A DNA stretch of 64,000 nt from Candidatus Acidiferrales bacterium (GCA_050746925.1 JBOGNA010000110.1:726-64725), one strand, 5' to 3'. Numbered from the stretch's first letter, positions 19,212-29,406 are shown. The notes: generated by a model from the sequence alone, not told the origin. Numbers and translations are program-made.

Positions 19212-20093
19212 ATGAGCGTTCCTGAATTTTTCGAAGCCGACCGCGCGGGGATCGAGGAAGCGCTCGACGGGCTGCTGCCTCGCGAAGACGCGCATCCGGG
19301 GTCGATTCACAAGGCGATGCGCTACAGCGTGTTTGCAGGTGGTAAGCGCATCCGGCCGATTCTCTGCCTCGAAGCCGCGGGCATGTTCACGGAAAATCCC
19401 GTCGCGGCGGTTTCCATCGGCTGCGCTCTCGAATTTATCCACACTTATTCGCTGATTCACGATGACCTGCCCGCGCTCGACAATGACGATCTGCGGCGCG
19501 GGAAACCGACCTGCCACAAAGTTTTCGGTGAGGCGATTGCGATTCTCGCCGGTGACGCGCTACTCACGCTGGCATTTCAGACCCTCGCCTTCGTTCCCGT
19601 CGAGCCGCAGCGGAGATTGAACATCCTCGCGACGATCGCGCAGGCAGCCGGCACCGATCGCGGAATGATCGGCGGACAGGTGGCCGACATCGAGGCGGAG
19701 AAAAAAGCCCCGGACGTTGGCACGCTTGAATATATCCATCGGTCGAAGACGGCAGCGCTGATTCGCGCGTCGATTGTCGCCGGCGGAATTGCAGGCGGCG
19801 CAACGAACGAGGACGTGGACCGTTTGCGCCGATTCGGCGAGAACATCGGCTGGGCGTTTCAAGTGGTGGACGACATCCTCGACGTGGAGGAATCTTCGGC
19901 GGCGCTGGGAAAAACGGCTGGCAAAGATCAAGCGCAGCAGAAAGCTACCTACCCGGCGCTTTACGGAATTTTGCAATCGCGCGACATCGCGGCGGACCTG
20001 GCAGCCAAGGCGCTTCATGAACTCGAGTGCTACGGCGAAAAAGCGGCGCGGCTGCGGGAACTGGCGCAGTTTTTGGTAGCGCGCCGTTCGTAA
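19212..20093 (+). CDS. ispA: Polyprenyl (farnesyl/geranylgeranyl) diphosphate synthase
   Basis: It has the first and second Asp-rich motifs (LIHDDLPALDNDDLRRG and VVDDILD). It follows xseB, as in many bacteria. Confidence 0.85.
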   Translation: MSVPEFFEADRAGIEEALDGLLPREDAHPGSIHKAMRYSVFAGGKRIRPILCLEAAGMFTENPVAAVSIGCALEFIHTYSLIHDDLPALDNDDLRRGKPTCHKVFGEAIAILAGDALLTLAFQTLAFVPVEPQRRLNILATIAQAAGTDRGMIGGQVADIEAEKKAPDVGTLEYIHRSKTAALIRASIVAGGIAGGATNEDVDRLRRFGENIGWAFQVVDDILDVEESSAALGKTAGKDQAQQKATYPALYGILQSRDIAADLAAKALHELECYGEKAARLRELAQFLVARRS

Positions 20094-20138
20094 GCACCCG
20101 TTGCGTGTGGCTCTTCCCCGTTACAATGATCTGAAGTA

Positions 20139-20906
20139 GTGGCACAATTTCCTTCGCGCATGACTCCCAAACCTGGCAAGAGCCGGCTCGATGTGTTGCT
20201 TGTTGCACGCGGGCTGGCGCCCTCTCGCGAGCGCGCGCAGGCGCTGCTGCTTGCAGGCCAGGTACGCGTAAACGGCGAGCGAATGGAGAAACCAGGGAGC
20301 CAGGTATCGACCGAAGCGCGAATCGAATTGGCGGGAGACGGTCTGCGTTATGCGAGCCGTGGCGGACTGAAACTCGAAGGCGCTCTCGAAGATTTCGCAC
20401 TCGCGCCGAACGAGAAAATCTGCCTCGACGTTGGCAGTTCGACCGGCGGCTTCACCGATTGCCTGCTGCAACATGGCGCGCGGAGAGTGTACGCAGTGGA
20501 CGTGACGGTAAATCAGCTCGATTGGAAACTGCAGAAGGACCCGCGCGTGGTCGCCATCGAGCGCAACGCCAGGTATTTGAAAGCGGATGACATCGGCGAG
20601 GCGATCGAGTTCGTGACGATGGACGTCTCGTTCATTTCCGTGACGAAGGTGTTACCCGCGATTGTGGCGATCGCGCAAGCGGGCGCGGATTTTCTGATTC
20701 TGATCAAGCCGCAATTCGAACTCGAGAAAAGTGACGTTGGAAAAGGCGGCATCGTCCGCGACGCCGCTCTTCACGAAAAAGCCGTCGAGAGCGTCCGCGC
20801 GCAAGCCGCGATCCTCGGACTCACAGTCGTCGGCGTGCGCTCCAGCCGTATCACCGGCACCGAAGGCAATCAGGAGTTTTTTCTCCACGCCCGCCGCAGC
20901 GGGTAG
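20139..20906 (+). CDS. tlyA: TlyA-family rRNA (cytidine-2'-O)-methyltransferase
   Basis: It has an S4-like N-terminus (RLDVLLVARGL) and an FtsJ-like SAM-binding motif (CLDVGSSTGGFTDCL). Confidence 0.85.
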   Translation: MAQFPSRMTPKPGKSRLDVLLVARGLAPSRERAQALLLAGQVRVNGERMEKPGSQVSTEARIELAGDGLRYASRGGLKLEGALEDFALAPNEKICLDVGSSTGGFTDCLLQHGARRVYAVDVTVNQLDWKLQKDPRVVAIERNARYLKADDIGEAIEFVTMDVSFISVTKVLPAIVAIAQAGADFLILIKPQFELEKSDVGKGGIVRDAALHEKAVESVRAQAAILGLTVVGVRSSRITGTEGNQEFFLHARRSG

Positions 20907-20925
20907 GATAGAATTCTCGCCCACA

Positions 20926-21786
20926 ATGATTCGAGCCGCTGGAATCGTTTGCAAACCGATCAAGGAAATGGTGGCGACGGTTGTTCCGCCGCTGATCGCC
21001 TGGCTGCGCGAACGAAAGATCGAAGTGTTTGTGGACGTCGAGACCCAGGGTTGCGTCGAACTCAACGTGCCTTGCGTCAGCCGCGAGACAATCGGCGAGA
21101 ATATCGACCTGCTGATCGTGCTCGGCGGCGATGGAACGTTGCTTTCCGCCGCGCGAGCCTTGCGCGCGCACTCAGTGCCGATTCTGGCGGCGAACCTCGG
21201 CGGTCTCGGATTTTTGACGACAATTACTCTCGACCAGCTGTATCCCATGCTGGAGGCCGTTCTTCGCGGCGAACACCGCGTCGGCGAACGGATGATGCTC
21301 GAAGCGCAGATTTTTCACGACGGCAAAGCGGCGGACCGGCAGACAGCCCTCAACGACGCCGTGGTGAACAAAGGCGCTCTCTCGCGCATGCTCGAATTTG
21401 ATTTGTACGTGGACGGCGACCATGTCGCGCGTTATCGCGCGGACGGATTGATCGTCGCGACGCCCACCGGATCGACCGCGTATTCGCTCGCAGCGGGCGG
21501 GCCGATCGTGCAGCCCGGAATCGATGCGTTCGTCATTACCCCGATTTGTCCGCACATGCTGACGAACCGGCCACTCGTAATACCGGACACGTCGCGGATG
21601 GAAATCGATTTTTCAGCCGCGGACCAGCGCGTTTACATGACGCTCGATGGGCAAATCGGATATGAGTTAGGGCCTGCCGATCGCGTGGTCATCACCAAAT
21701 CAGAGAACAAAGTCACGTTCGTCCGGCCACCGCGGAAGACTTACTTCGAAGTGCTGCGCAGCAAGTTGAGATGGGGAGAACGGTGA
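20926..21786 (+). CDS. nadK: NAD(+) kinase
   Basis: It has the GGDGT motif (LIVLGGDGTLL) and TPTGSTAYSLAAGGP. ATG 20926 was chosen. Confidence 0.9.
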   Translation: MIRAAGIVCKPIKEMVATVVPPLIAWLRERKIEVFVDVETQGCVELNVPCVSRETIGENIDLLIVLGGDGTLLSAARALRAHSVPILAANLGGLGFLTTITLDQLYPMLEAVLRGEHRVGERMMLEAQIFHDGKAADRQTALNDAVVNKGALSRMLEFDLYVDGDHVARYRADGLIVATPTGSTAYSLAAGGPIVQPGIDAFVITPICPHMLTNRPLVIPDTSRMEIDFSAADQRVYMTLDGQIGYELGPADRVVITKSENKVTFVRPPRKTYFEVLRSKLRWGER

Positions 21787-22424
21787 GCCGTATTTTCACG
21801 AACGTGTCGCTGGCGTTCGCGCTTCTCGCTGGTACTTCTCTCGCGCGGGCGGTTCAGCAACTTCCCGCTGCCGAGTCGGCCGCTCATCAGGCATTTCTGC
21901 AGCGGCTGACCCTGGCAGCGCTCGATCGACCGCGCCACTCCGTACGCTATGTTTCCGAGTATGTCCGGATTCCCTACCCCGGCGGTGACGTTCCAGCAGA
22001 CACGGGTGTGTGCACCGATGAGATCATCCGGATTTATCGAGCTGTCGGGATCGACCTGCAAAAAGAAGTTCACGAGGACATGCTGGAACACTTCGCGGCG
22101 TATCCTCACCGCTGGAACGCGGCGAGCTCGAAACCGGATTCGAACATCGATCACCGCAGAGTGCCGAATCTCATGGTGTTCTTCGTCCGAAAAGGAGCGT
22201 CGCTACCTGCGACATTGCGCGCTGAAGACTATTCGCCCGGCGACCTGGTTACCTGGGATCTTGGTGGTGGAGTGCCGCATATCGGAATGGTGGTGAACCG
22301 GCTCGGATCCGAGAATCGGCGCTACATGATTTTGCACAACATCGGAGAAGGACCCAGGATCGAGGACGTACTCTTTCGCTGGAAGATCACGGGACACTAT
22401 CGATACTTTGGCCCGAGCTCCTAG
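21771..22424 (+). CDS. DUF1287 domain-containing protein
   Basis: It contains YPGGDVPADTGVCTDEIIRIYR...PGDLVTW...HIGMVV, which is typical of DUF1287. An N-terminal signal-like segment is present. Confidence 0.75.
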   Translation: MGRTVSRIFTNVSLAFALLAGTSLARAVQQLPAAESAAHQAFLQRLTLAALDRPRHSVRYVSEYVRIPYPGGDVPADTGVCTDEIIRIYRAVGIDLQKEVHEDMLEHFAAYPHRWNAASSKPDSNIDHRRVPNLMVFFVRKGASLPATLRAEDYSPGDLVTWDLGGGVPHIGMVVNRLGSENRRYMILHNIGEGPRIEDVLFRWKITGHYRYFGPSS

Positions 22425-22457
22425 TCCCCTGCAAGAGTAGCGCTAACAGGCGCGGCC

Positions 22458-24281
22458 TTACTTCACTTTCAGCACAACGAGAGTGCGATCGTCGGCCGGA
22501 TGAGCGCCGCCCGAGAAGGCGTCAAGATTTTCGAGAATCTTGTCCGCGAGGCCGTCCGGCGAAAGTTCATGATGCGTGGCAATCATCTGGCAGACGCGAT
22601 CGTGACCGAAGAATTCCCCGGCAGGATTCTGCGTATCGCCAATTCCATCGGAGTGAAATACGACCACGTCGCCAGGATCGAGAATAAAGCTGCGCTGGTC
22701 GTAGGTGGCCTCTTCGAAAATCCCCAGAGGAAATCCCGCGAGGCGGATTTTTTCGCAGCGCCCGCCGTGAAATAGAAACGGCTGCTCCTGTCCGGCATTG
22801 GCGACACGAAGTTTGCGCCGGCCGCGATGCCACGTAGCGAAGCAAAGCGTCATAAAACGGCCTTCGATCATTCGCTCGCCGAGAAATCCATTGATGGCGT
22901 GGAGCATTTCGGCGGGCCGGTGCTTTTGCGGCGCAAGACTGCGAAGCGTCCCGATGCCGACAGCGCCGTAGAGCGCGGCGGCGCTTCCCTTCCCGCTTAC
23001 ATCGCCGAGCGCGATCGCCAGTTCCTGCGGGCCATATCGCAGAAAATCGTAGAGGTCGCCGCTCAACTCGCGAGAAGAAACGACGCGCGCGGCAATCTCC
23101 AACCCATATTCCGGGCCCGGCAAGCGCGGCAACATAGCGCCTTGAATACGGCGAGCGGCGTTTAGGTCACGCTCCATGCGCGCTTCGTCGCGAGCGACCC
23201 GTTCGTAGAGGCGCGCGTTTTCGAGCGAGACGGCGAATTGTGCCGCGAGAATCGAAAGCACCTGCACGTGGTCGGGCGTGAAGTAGTTCAGTTGCGGGCT
23301 CTCGAGATCCATCACGCCGATCACCCGATCCTGATACAGCATCGGCACGGCAAGCTCGGAGCGTGTCTCGGGATTGAGCTTCAGGTACCGCGGGTCGAGC
23401 GTCACATCGGGCACCACTACCGGCCGCCGGAGCGCCGCCGCCGCGCCAACAATTCCTTCATGCGCAGGCACCGCGTGTTTTTCCTGCACACGCTGGCCGA
23501 ATTTCACGTTCACGCGATGGCGAAACACTTTCTCGCTCTCTTCGTAGAGAAGAATGCTGAAAATCTGGTAATCGATTACACGCTTCGTGAGTTCGGCGGC
23601 GCGCCGAAGCACTTCCTCCACACGCAGCGTTGAATTCGCTTCGCGGCCCACCTCGTTCAGCAACAGGAGGGTTTCGGCCTGATTGCGCTCGTGCTCGAAC
23701 AGGCGCGCGTTTTCAACGGCCGTGCTGATGCGGCTCGCAACCAGCGTCAATATATTTTGCTGGTCGGGCGTGAAATAGTCGGGCTGGCTGCTTTCAATAT
23801 CAAGCACACCGACAACCCGGCCGCCCAGAACGAGCGGAACGGCAAGTTCGGAGCGCACTCCATCGACTGCATTCAGATAACGCTTGTCTTTCGTCACGTC
23901 GCCGACGCGGATCGGCTGGCCGGTAGCGACCGCGGCGCCGATGATTCCTTCGTCCATCGGAATGCGCCAATGTTCCACCACTTCCGGGCGATGGCCGATC
24001 GCAAAGCGAAAATACATCTGGTCGGTGTTCTTTTCGGGGAGCAGCACGGCGAAAATCTCGTAATCGATCAAGCGCTTGATTTGCGCCGCGGCGGTGGCCA
24101 GCACCTCGTCAAGATTCAGCGAAGCATTGATCTCCTGGCTGATGTCGGCAAGGATCGCCAGGGTCTCGGCTGAGATGTCCGCTTTCGAATTGAGTTCAGC
24201 TGAATCCATCTGGATTGCGCGCGCACTCTGGCCCCGAAACTCTTCTCGTATCGGCATCAGAATGTCTCTGATGCGAAGCAA
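22458..24281 (-). CDS. GAF-GAF-PP2C (SpoIIE/RsbU-type) protein phosphatase
   Basis: It has two GAF-like repeats (SELAVPL.. twice) followed by a PPM domain (SGDLYDF...GDVSGKG...FHSDG). Confidence 0.85.
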   Translation of the reverse strand: MLRIRDILMPIREEFRGQSARAIQMDSAELNSKADISAETLAILADISQEINASLNLDEVLATAAAQIKRLIDYEIFAVLLPEKNTDQMYFRFAIGHRPEVVEHWRIPMDEGIIGAAVATGQPIRVGDVTKDKRYLNAVDGVRSELAVPLVLGGRVVGVLDIESSQPDYFTPDQQNILTLVASRISTAVENARLFEHERNQAETLLLLNEVGREANSTLRVEEVLRRAAELTKRVIDYQIFSILLYEESEKVFRHRVNVKFGQRVQEKHAVPAHEGIVGAAAALRRPVVVPDVTLDPRYLKLNPETRSELAVPMLYQDRVIGVMDLESPQLNYFTPDHVQVLSILAAQFAVSLENARLYERVARDEARMERDLNAARRIQGAMLPRLPGPEYGLEIAARVVSSRELSGDLYDFLRYGPQELAIALGDVSGKGSAAALYGAVGIGTLRSLAPQKHRPAEMLHAINGFLGERMIEGRFMTLCFATWHRGRRKLRVANAGQEQPFLFHGGRCEKIRLAGFPLGIFEEATYDQRSFILDPGDVVVFHSDGIGDTQNPAGEFFGHDRVCQMIATHHELSPDGLADKILENLDAFSGGAHPADDRTLVVLKVK

Positions 24282-24349
24282 CGCAGGAACGATCCATTAT
24301 ATCAGCAGAGAGTGGCGGCTAAGGCGGGAGATCACGGGCAATCGAAAGG

Positions 24350-25279
24350 CTAATACGTTCCGCTGGGAGTTGCACTGGCGACGGCTTCCGATGGAGCCGC
24401 AGCGCGAGCCTGCTCCAGAATCTTGACGCTGGCGCTCGCACCGATTCGCGTGGCGCCTGCTTCCACCATTTTCTGGACATCCTCGAGACTGCGAACGCCG
24501 CCGGACGCTTTTACGCCTAGGCCGTCGCCGACTACTGCGCGCATCAAGCGGACATCCTCCGCCGTTGCGCCTCCCGTGCTGAAGCCGGTGGAAGTCTTAA
24601 CGAAATCCGCGCAGGCGTTTTTCGCCGCCAGCGAGCCGCGAACTTTCTCTTCGGTCGTTAGAAGCGACGTCTCCAGAATCACTTTGCAAATAGCCCCGCC
24701 GCGATGGCTGGCGTCGGCGACGCCGCGGATATCGGCTTCCACGGCATCGGTCAGCCCAGACTTCAGCGCGCCGACGTTGATAACCATGTCGATTTCCTGC
24801 GCGCCTAATTTGATGGCTTCTTCCGCCTCGAATTGTTTTACTTGCGGCAGCGTGGCACCGAGCGGAAAACCAACCACAGTGCAGACGCGCACCTCGCTTC
24901 CGCGCAGCAATTCGGCCGCTTGCGACACGTTCCACGGATTGACGCAGACGGATGCGAATCCAAACTTCAGCGCCTCCAGGCAAATCTTGCGAATTTCTTC
25001 GCGCGTGGCGTCGGGCTTCAGCAGCGTGTGGTCGATCAGCCGGGCGATGTCGGCTTCGATCGGACCCACCGCGGCTCCAGCAGAAATTCGATCGGCGCCT
25101 GCTTCCACCACTTTGCGTGTTTTTCGCGCGCAACGCTCGGCGCAACGCTGGTCGCAGCCCGGGCAGACAAGCTCGTCAATTTCGAGTCCGCAGAGATCGG
25201 TGCATTTTTCGTTGCCGAGATAGCCGAGGATTTCTTCGGTGATCGCCTGGATGACTTTTTCGAGTTGCTGCTGATCCAC
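24350..25279 (-). CDS. deoC: Deoxyribose-phosphate aldolase with ~85-aa N-terminal extension
   Basis: The DERA core has [11 protein letters not shown]...CVNP...KVILE...KTSTGF. The N-terminus has an amphipathic helix plus a 6-Cys cluster. Confidence 0.85.
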   Translation of the reverse strand: MDQQQLEKVIQAITEEILGYLGNEKCTDLCGLEIDELVCPGCDQRCAERCARKTRKVVEAGADRISAGAAVGPIEADIARLIDHTLLKPDATREEIRKICLEALKFGFASVCVNPWNVSQAAELLRGSEVRVCTVVGFPLGATLPQVKQFEAEEAIKLGAQEIDMVINVGALKSGLTDAVEADIRGVADASHRGGAICKVILETSLLTTEEKVRGSLAAKNACADFVKTSTGFSTGGATAEDVRLMRAVVGDGLGVKASGGVRSLEDVQKMVEAGATRIGASASVKILEQARAAAPSEAVASATPSGTY

Positions 25280-25340
25280 CCGGCTCTCCAGTGCTGGATT
25301 TTCGGGGCGGCGCCGCCGCCGGAGATTGCCGGCGCGTGGC

Positions 25341-26015
25341 TCAGGATTTTAAATGCCGCTTCTCGATTGCAAGAATCTTATCGACGCGCTTTTGATGGCG
25401 TCCGCCCGCGAACGGCGTCTCCAGCCACGCCGCAAGGATCTCGCGCGCTGCCTCTGCCGGAATCAAGCGCGCGCCCAGAGAAAGAATGTTCGCGTCATTG
25501 TGCTCACGACTATTGCGCGCCGTAGCTCTATCATAACATAGCGCCGCGCGGGCTCCCGGGACCTTGTTCGCAGCGATCGAGGAGCCGATTCCGGCGCTGT
25601 CGATCACGATGCCCAGTGAAGCATCACCGCGCACCACCGCGTTCGCCACAGCTTCGGCAAAATCGGGATAATCGACTGCATCGCGGCTGGATGTGCCCTG
25701 GTCGAGAACCGTGTAGCCCCACGCACTGAGGTACGCTTTCAGTTCCTCTTTCAATTCGAATCCGCCGTGGTCTGCTCCAATCGCAATCACGCGGGCAGAA
25801 ACGGCGGCGGCGCGCTCCGGATTGTCAGGGGCTGCCGAGTTCCGGTCCTCGAATCGGATCCTGATGCCACGAATCGCGGCCTCTTCGAGCGCCAAAGGCG
25901 TCACGATCGAGCCGTGGGGCACAACCACTTCGCCCCCTACGGCAATCGATTCAAGGTCCCGCGCGGTGAGGACTTTTCGAGCCACGGTTATTCCGGAGGA
26001 AGGCTTAGGACGCAC
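25341..26015 (-). CDS. rpiB: Ribose-5-phosphate isomerase B with ~75-aa N-terminal extension
   Basis: The RpiB core starts at [17 protein letters not shown]. An alternative GTG start at 25985 lies 2 nt after the hpt stop. Confidence 0.85.
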   Translation of the reverse strand: MRPKPSSGITVARKVLTARDLESIAVGGEVVVPHGSIVTPLALEEAAIRGIRIRFEDRNSAAPDNPERAAAVSARVIAIGADHGGFELKEELKAYLSAWGYTVLDQGTSSRDAVDYPDFAEAVANAVVRGDASLGIVIDSAGIGSSIAANKVPGARAALCYDRATARNSREHNDANILSLGARLIPAEAAREILAAWLETPFAGGRHQKRVDKILAIEKRHLKS

Positions 26016-26530
26016 ACGTCTTTCAAGTTGCGGTAGCGCTCGGCATAGTCAAGACCATAGCCGACGACAAATTCGTTCGGAATCGTGAAGCCTACGTAGT
26101 TGGCTTTCACTTCCTTGATGCGACGAGATGGCTTGTCGAGAAGCGCGGCGATGTGGAGCACCTTCGGCTTGCGCTGTTGCAGAACGCGAATCAGGTAGCT
26201 CAGGGTCAGTCCGGTGTCGAGTATGTCTTCGACAAGGACGACGTTGAGGCCCTCGATGCTGCTGTCGAGGTCCTTCAGAACGCGCACCTGTCCGGAACTC
26301 TGTTTTCCCTTGCCGTAACTGGATACCGCGATGAAATCGATCGAAGTATCGAGACTGACCTCGCGCACGAGATCGGAGAGGAAAATACAAGCGCCCTTCA
26401 GAACCCCTATGATATGGACGCGCTCGCCTTTGAAATCCTTGGTGATCTGCTGAGCGACTTCGCGGACGCGCTTCTGAATCGCAGCGCGGCGAATCAATAC
26501 TTTCAGCTTGGCCTGACCGGTGCCCGGCAT
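25988..26530 (-). CDS. hpt: Hypoxanthine phosphoribosyltransferase
   Basis: It has the PRPP-binding motif VVLVEDILDTGLTL and overall Hpt-like sequence. Confidence 0.9.
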   Translation of the reverse strand: MPGTGQAKLKVLIRRAAIQKRVREVAQQITKDFKGERVHIIGVLKGACIFLSDLVREVSLDTSIDFIAVSSYGKGKQSSGQVRVLKDLDSSIEGLNVVLVEDILDTGLTLSYLIRVLQQRKPKVLHIAALLDKPSRRIKEVKANYVGFTIPNEFVVGYGLDYAERYRNLKDVCVLSLPPE

Positions 26531-26699
26531 TTGTCCGCCCCCGTGGGAAGGCGGCTACTCTATCCCACGACCCAAGGCGATAACAAGGCGCGAGAATGAA
26601 ACGAGGTGCGCTCCGAAAGATTGGGGATTCGGCGTGAGTGCGGCATCGTGCATTCTGATTCTCGGAATCGTCGCCGATCGCTCTTTCGATGGCGGGCGG

Positions 26700-27518
26700 C
26701 TAATGCTCGGCCGGTGCGGTTTTTTCCGATTTCCCCGCGGCGGGCTTCGATTCCGCGGCGCCTTCCTTTGTCTCAGATTTCGACTCTTCTTCCGGCTGCT
26801 TCACGAGGTATTGCACGATCATCGAAACTCGCCGATTCGAGGGGTCCAGTGGTGCGTCCGGCTTGCGAAGGCTTTGATCGGCAAAGCCTCGTACCTGAGT
26901 CACCTGGTCGGACTTCACTCCGTTCTGCTGAATGAGCCTCCGCGTCGCATTGGCGCGGTCCGCGGATAACTCCCAATTTGTGAAATTGCTATTCTCGGCA
27001 TAGGGTTTGGCATCGGTGTGGCCTTCCACATAAATCTTGTTGGGGAGCTTTCCCAATTCCTGAGCTAGGGCAATCAATATGTCCTGACCGTCGGAGTTTG
27101 GCTTTGAGCTGCCACTATCGAAAAAAGTGCCACTCGCTGTTTCAAGAAGTTCGATGCGAAGACCCTCGTTCGTGACCGTCATGTCGATATGGTTTTTCAA
27201 TCTGTCTATATTGGGAACTTCCCGGATCGCCCTTTGCAACTGCTCTTTCAGCTGCACCATGTTGTCTTTTGTCACGACAAAGTTTTGCCCGCCTCCCTGC
27301 ATGTCGCTGCCGACTTTCTTTGACGTCCCGGTCGGATCCTTGAAATATCCCCCGACGGCATCCTGAACCTGTTTGCTCGAGTTCAGCAGCCAAAGGACGA
27401 TAAAGAGCGCCATCATCGCAGTCACAAAATCGGCATACGCAACCTTCCAGGCTCCGCCGTGATGGCCGCCGTGGCCGCTGACTTTTTTGATGACGATGAT
27501 GGAAGGCTTTGTGGTCAT
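26700..27518 (-). CDS. motB: Flagellar motor stator protein MotB (OmpA-like C-terminus)
   Basis: It contains GAWKVAYADFVTAMMALFIVLWLL (plug/TM with the conserved Asp). The peptidoglycan-binding OmpA domain has NWELSADRA. Confidence 0.9.
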   Translation of the reverse strand: MTTKPSIIVIKKVSGHGGHHGGAWKVAYADFVTAMMALFIVLWLLNSSKQVQDAVGGYFKDPTGTSKKVGSDMQGGGQNFVVTKDNMVQLKEQLQRAIREVPNIDRLKNHIDMTVTNEGLRIELLETASGTFFDSGSSKPNSDGQDILIALAQELGKLPNKIYVEGHTDAKPYAENSNFTNWELSADRANATRRLIQQNGVKSDQVTQVRGFADQSLRKPDAPLDPSNRRVSMIVQYLVKQPEEESKSETKEGAAESKPAAGKSEKTAPAEH

Positions 27519-27535
27519 TTCCTCGGCATGAACGG

Positions 27536-28414
27536 CTACGCTGCAGCGGCAGCGGGCGCGTCTCCTTTGTCCTTGATGAATTTCTCGGTTTCCTGAAAGT
27601 CCGGCCGGACGTGTCCGGGAATTGCGCGCCGCCCGATTTCAACAGCCGTCGTTGGCGCGTTCCCTTTCATGAACGAAATAATCAAGACGCGGAGCACGTT
27701 GTAGTAGGCGTGTTCTTCTTCGGCCGCCTTGCCCATGTTGGAAGCAACCGGCCCCACCAACCCGTAGCACAAAAGTATTCCGAGAAAGGTTCCGACCAGG
27801 GCCGCCGCGACTTTGTGCCCGATTTCTTCCGGTGGCCCACCGAGAGCCCCCATCGTGATCACCACTCCGAGAACCGCCGCAACGATTCCCAAACCCGGCA
27901 AGGAATCGGCCATGGTCGCCAGCGCCGCGATGGGCTGCGTTGCCCCATGGTGGTGCACATCCATATCGCGCTCGATCATTTGATCCGCATCAAACGGTTC
28001 CACGCCGCCGCTCGATGCAAGCCGAATTGAATCACACACGAAATGCAACGCGTGATGATCTTTCAGAAAGCTCGGATACTTCGAAAAGATCGGGCTCTGG
28101 TCCGGGGCGTCGCTGTCGGTTTCAAGAGCCATGAGCCCGTCTCTTCGCGCGCGGCTGAAAAGCTCGTACATCATTTTCAGCGATTCAAGGTAACGCTGCT
28201 TGTTGTACTTCGAACCTCCGAACGCGGCTCCGATTCCGCCCGCAATCTTTTTCAGAATGTAAAGCGGATTGCCGATCAACACCGTCCCAATCGCCGCACC
28301 GCCGATAATTACCAGCTCCGCCGGCTGAATGAGCACCTTCAGATTTCCGTGCTCCATCAGATAGCCCGCGACAACCGCGCCAAACACCACCACGATTCCT
28401 ATGATCGTGAACAT
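27536..28414 (-). CDS. motA: Flagellar motor stator protein MotA
   Basis: It resembles E. coli MotA end to end (YQPAELVIIGGA.., SLPGLGIVAAVLGVV, VGTFLGILLCYG). ATG 28414 is preceded by GGAGGAG. Confidence 0.9.
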   Translation of the reverse strand: MFTIIGIVVVFGAVVAGYLMEHGNLKVLIQPAELVIIGGAAIGTVLIGNPLYILKKIAGGIGAAFGGSKYNKQRYLESLKMMYELFSRARRDGLMALETDSDAPDQSPIFSKYPSFLKDHHALHFVCDSIRLASSGGVEPFDADQMIERDMDVHHHGATQPIAALATMADSLPGLGIVAAVLGVVITMGALGGPPEEIGHKVAAALVGTFLGILLCYGLVGPVASNMGKAAEEEHAYYNVLRVLIISFMKGNAPTTAVEIGRRAIPGHVRPDFQETEKFIKDKGDAPAAAAA

Positions 28415-28445
28415 CGCGATCCACTCCTCCAAATCTCCGCATTCG

Positions 28446-29360
28446 CTATTGAGCGAGGACCGTGAGTTGGTTTCCGCCGGCCGTTGTGCTCGCGAGAAGC
28501 GCAGCCTCTGCACGGGAGACCAGCACTTCAATCGTGTCACCGGGTACCGACGACGCCCCTCCGAAAGACGCTGTCACCGAAAGCTTGTCGCCCCACCAGC
28601 TGATATCCGTGAAACCCACCATTCTCTTCAGGCGCTTCGCTACGTTTTCAATTTCCGGGCCCTTGCACTCCGTCAGGATCGCGAGAAAGAGCCGCTCGGA
28701 GAGCCGGCCTAAGAAGTCCGTAGGACGCAAACTATTTCCCAGCGTTTGCGCGATCGCGTGTTGAACGGCCGAGACGGCCCGTGCGCCATGAGTCGCCTGA
28801 AAGTGATCGAGCTGATCGATCTGAATGCAAAGCACGCTGAATGGAATTCGATACTCTGTGTACGTCGAAAGCTGCTCTCGCATCTGGAAAAAAAGATATT
28901 TCCGGTTCAGAACACCAGTTTCCTCATCGATACAGCCAAAATCAGAAAGCTTTCCTTGTCTTCGATCCCAACTTGAAACTGATAGGCTCTCCTCAAAGCT
29001 TTCCGCCGCGCCAATCACCGTCCCATGACTGTTCCGAATCGGAACCGCCCGTAGCCTCACTAGAACTCGGTGTCCGTCCTTGTGGCGCATCGACACGTTG
29101 ACCGCGACAGGCTTACCGTCGCGTAGCACGGCAACGATCGCATCGGAGGCGTCGGACGCAAAGCTATCCCGGCCGCCGCGATTCGCCAAGAGCGTCTCGA
29201 CGCAGAAGCGCCCTACAACGTCCTGCCGGAGATATCCTGTGATGCGTTCCGCGCCATCGTTCCAGAACAGAATTTTCTGGTCCCGGTCCACCAGGTAGAT
29301 TCCGGTCTGCAGGCTTTCGAGGATCGTCCGAAATACCGCCGGATTCTCGAGCTCGGACAT
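28446..29360 (-). CDS. PAS domain protein with degenerate GGDEF domain
   Basis: The PAS N-terminus has IYLVDRDQKILFWN. The GGDEF-fold C-terminus has DEETGVLNRKY, but the signature reads RLSERLF instead of RxGGDEF. Confidence 0.8.
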   Translation of the reverse strand: MSELENPAVFRTILESLQTGIYLVDRDQKILFWNDGAERITGYLRQDVVGRFCVETLLANRGGRDSFASDASDAIVAVLRDGKPVAVNVSMRHKDGHRVLVRLRAVPIRNSHGTVIGAAESFEESLSVSSWDRRQGKLSDFGCIDEETGVLNRKYLFFQMREQLSTYTEYRIPFSVLCIQIDQLDHFQATHGARAVSAVQHAIAQTLGNSLRPTDFLGRLSERLFLAILTECKGPEIENVAKRLKRMVGFTDISWWGDKLSVTASFGGASSVPGDTIEVLVSRAEAALLASTTAGGNQLTVLAQ

Positions 29361-29379
29361 TTAGTGACTCCGTTAGGAG

Positions 29380-29406
29380 TTATCGGTTAGAAACAGAACG
29401 AGTTTA
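29380..29406 (-). promoter_or_regulatory. Sigma-28 (FliA)-type promoter candidate
   Basis: On the minus strand it reads TAAA-N15-aCCGATAA, against the consensus TAAA-N15-GCCGATAA. It lies about 20 nt upstream of ATG 29360, with GGAG in between. Confidence 0.5.
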
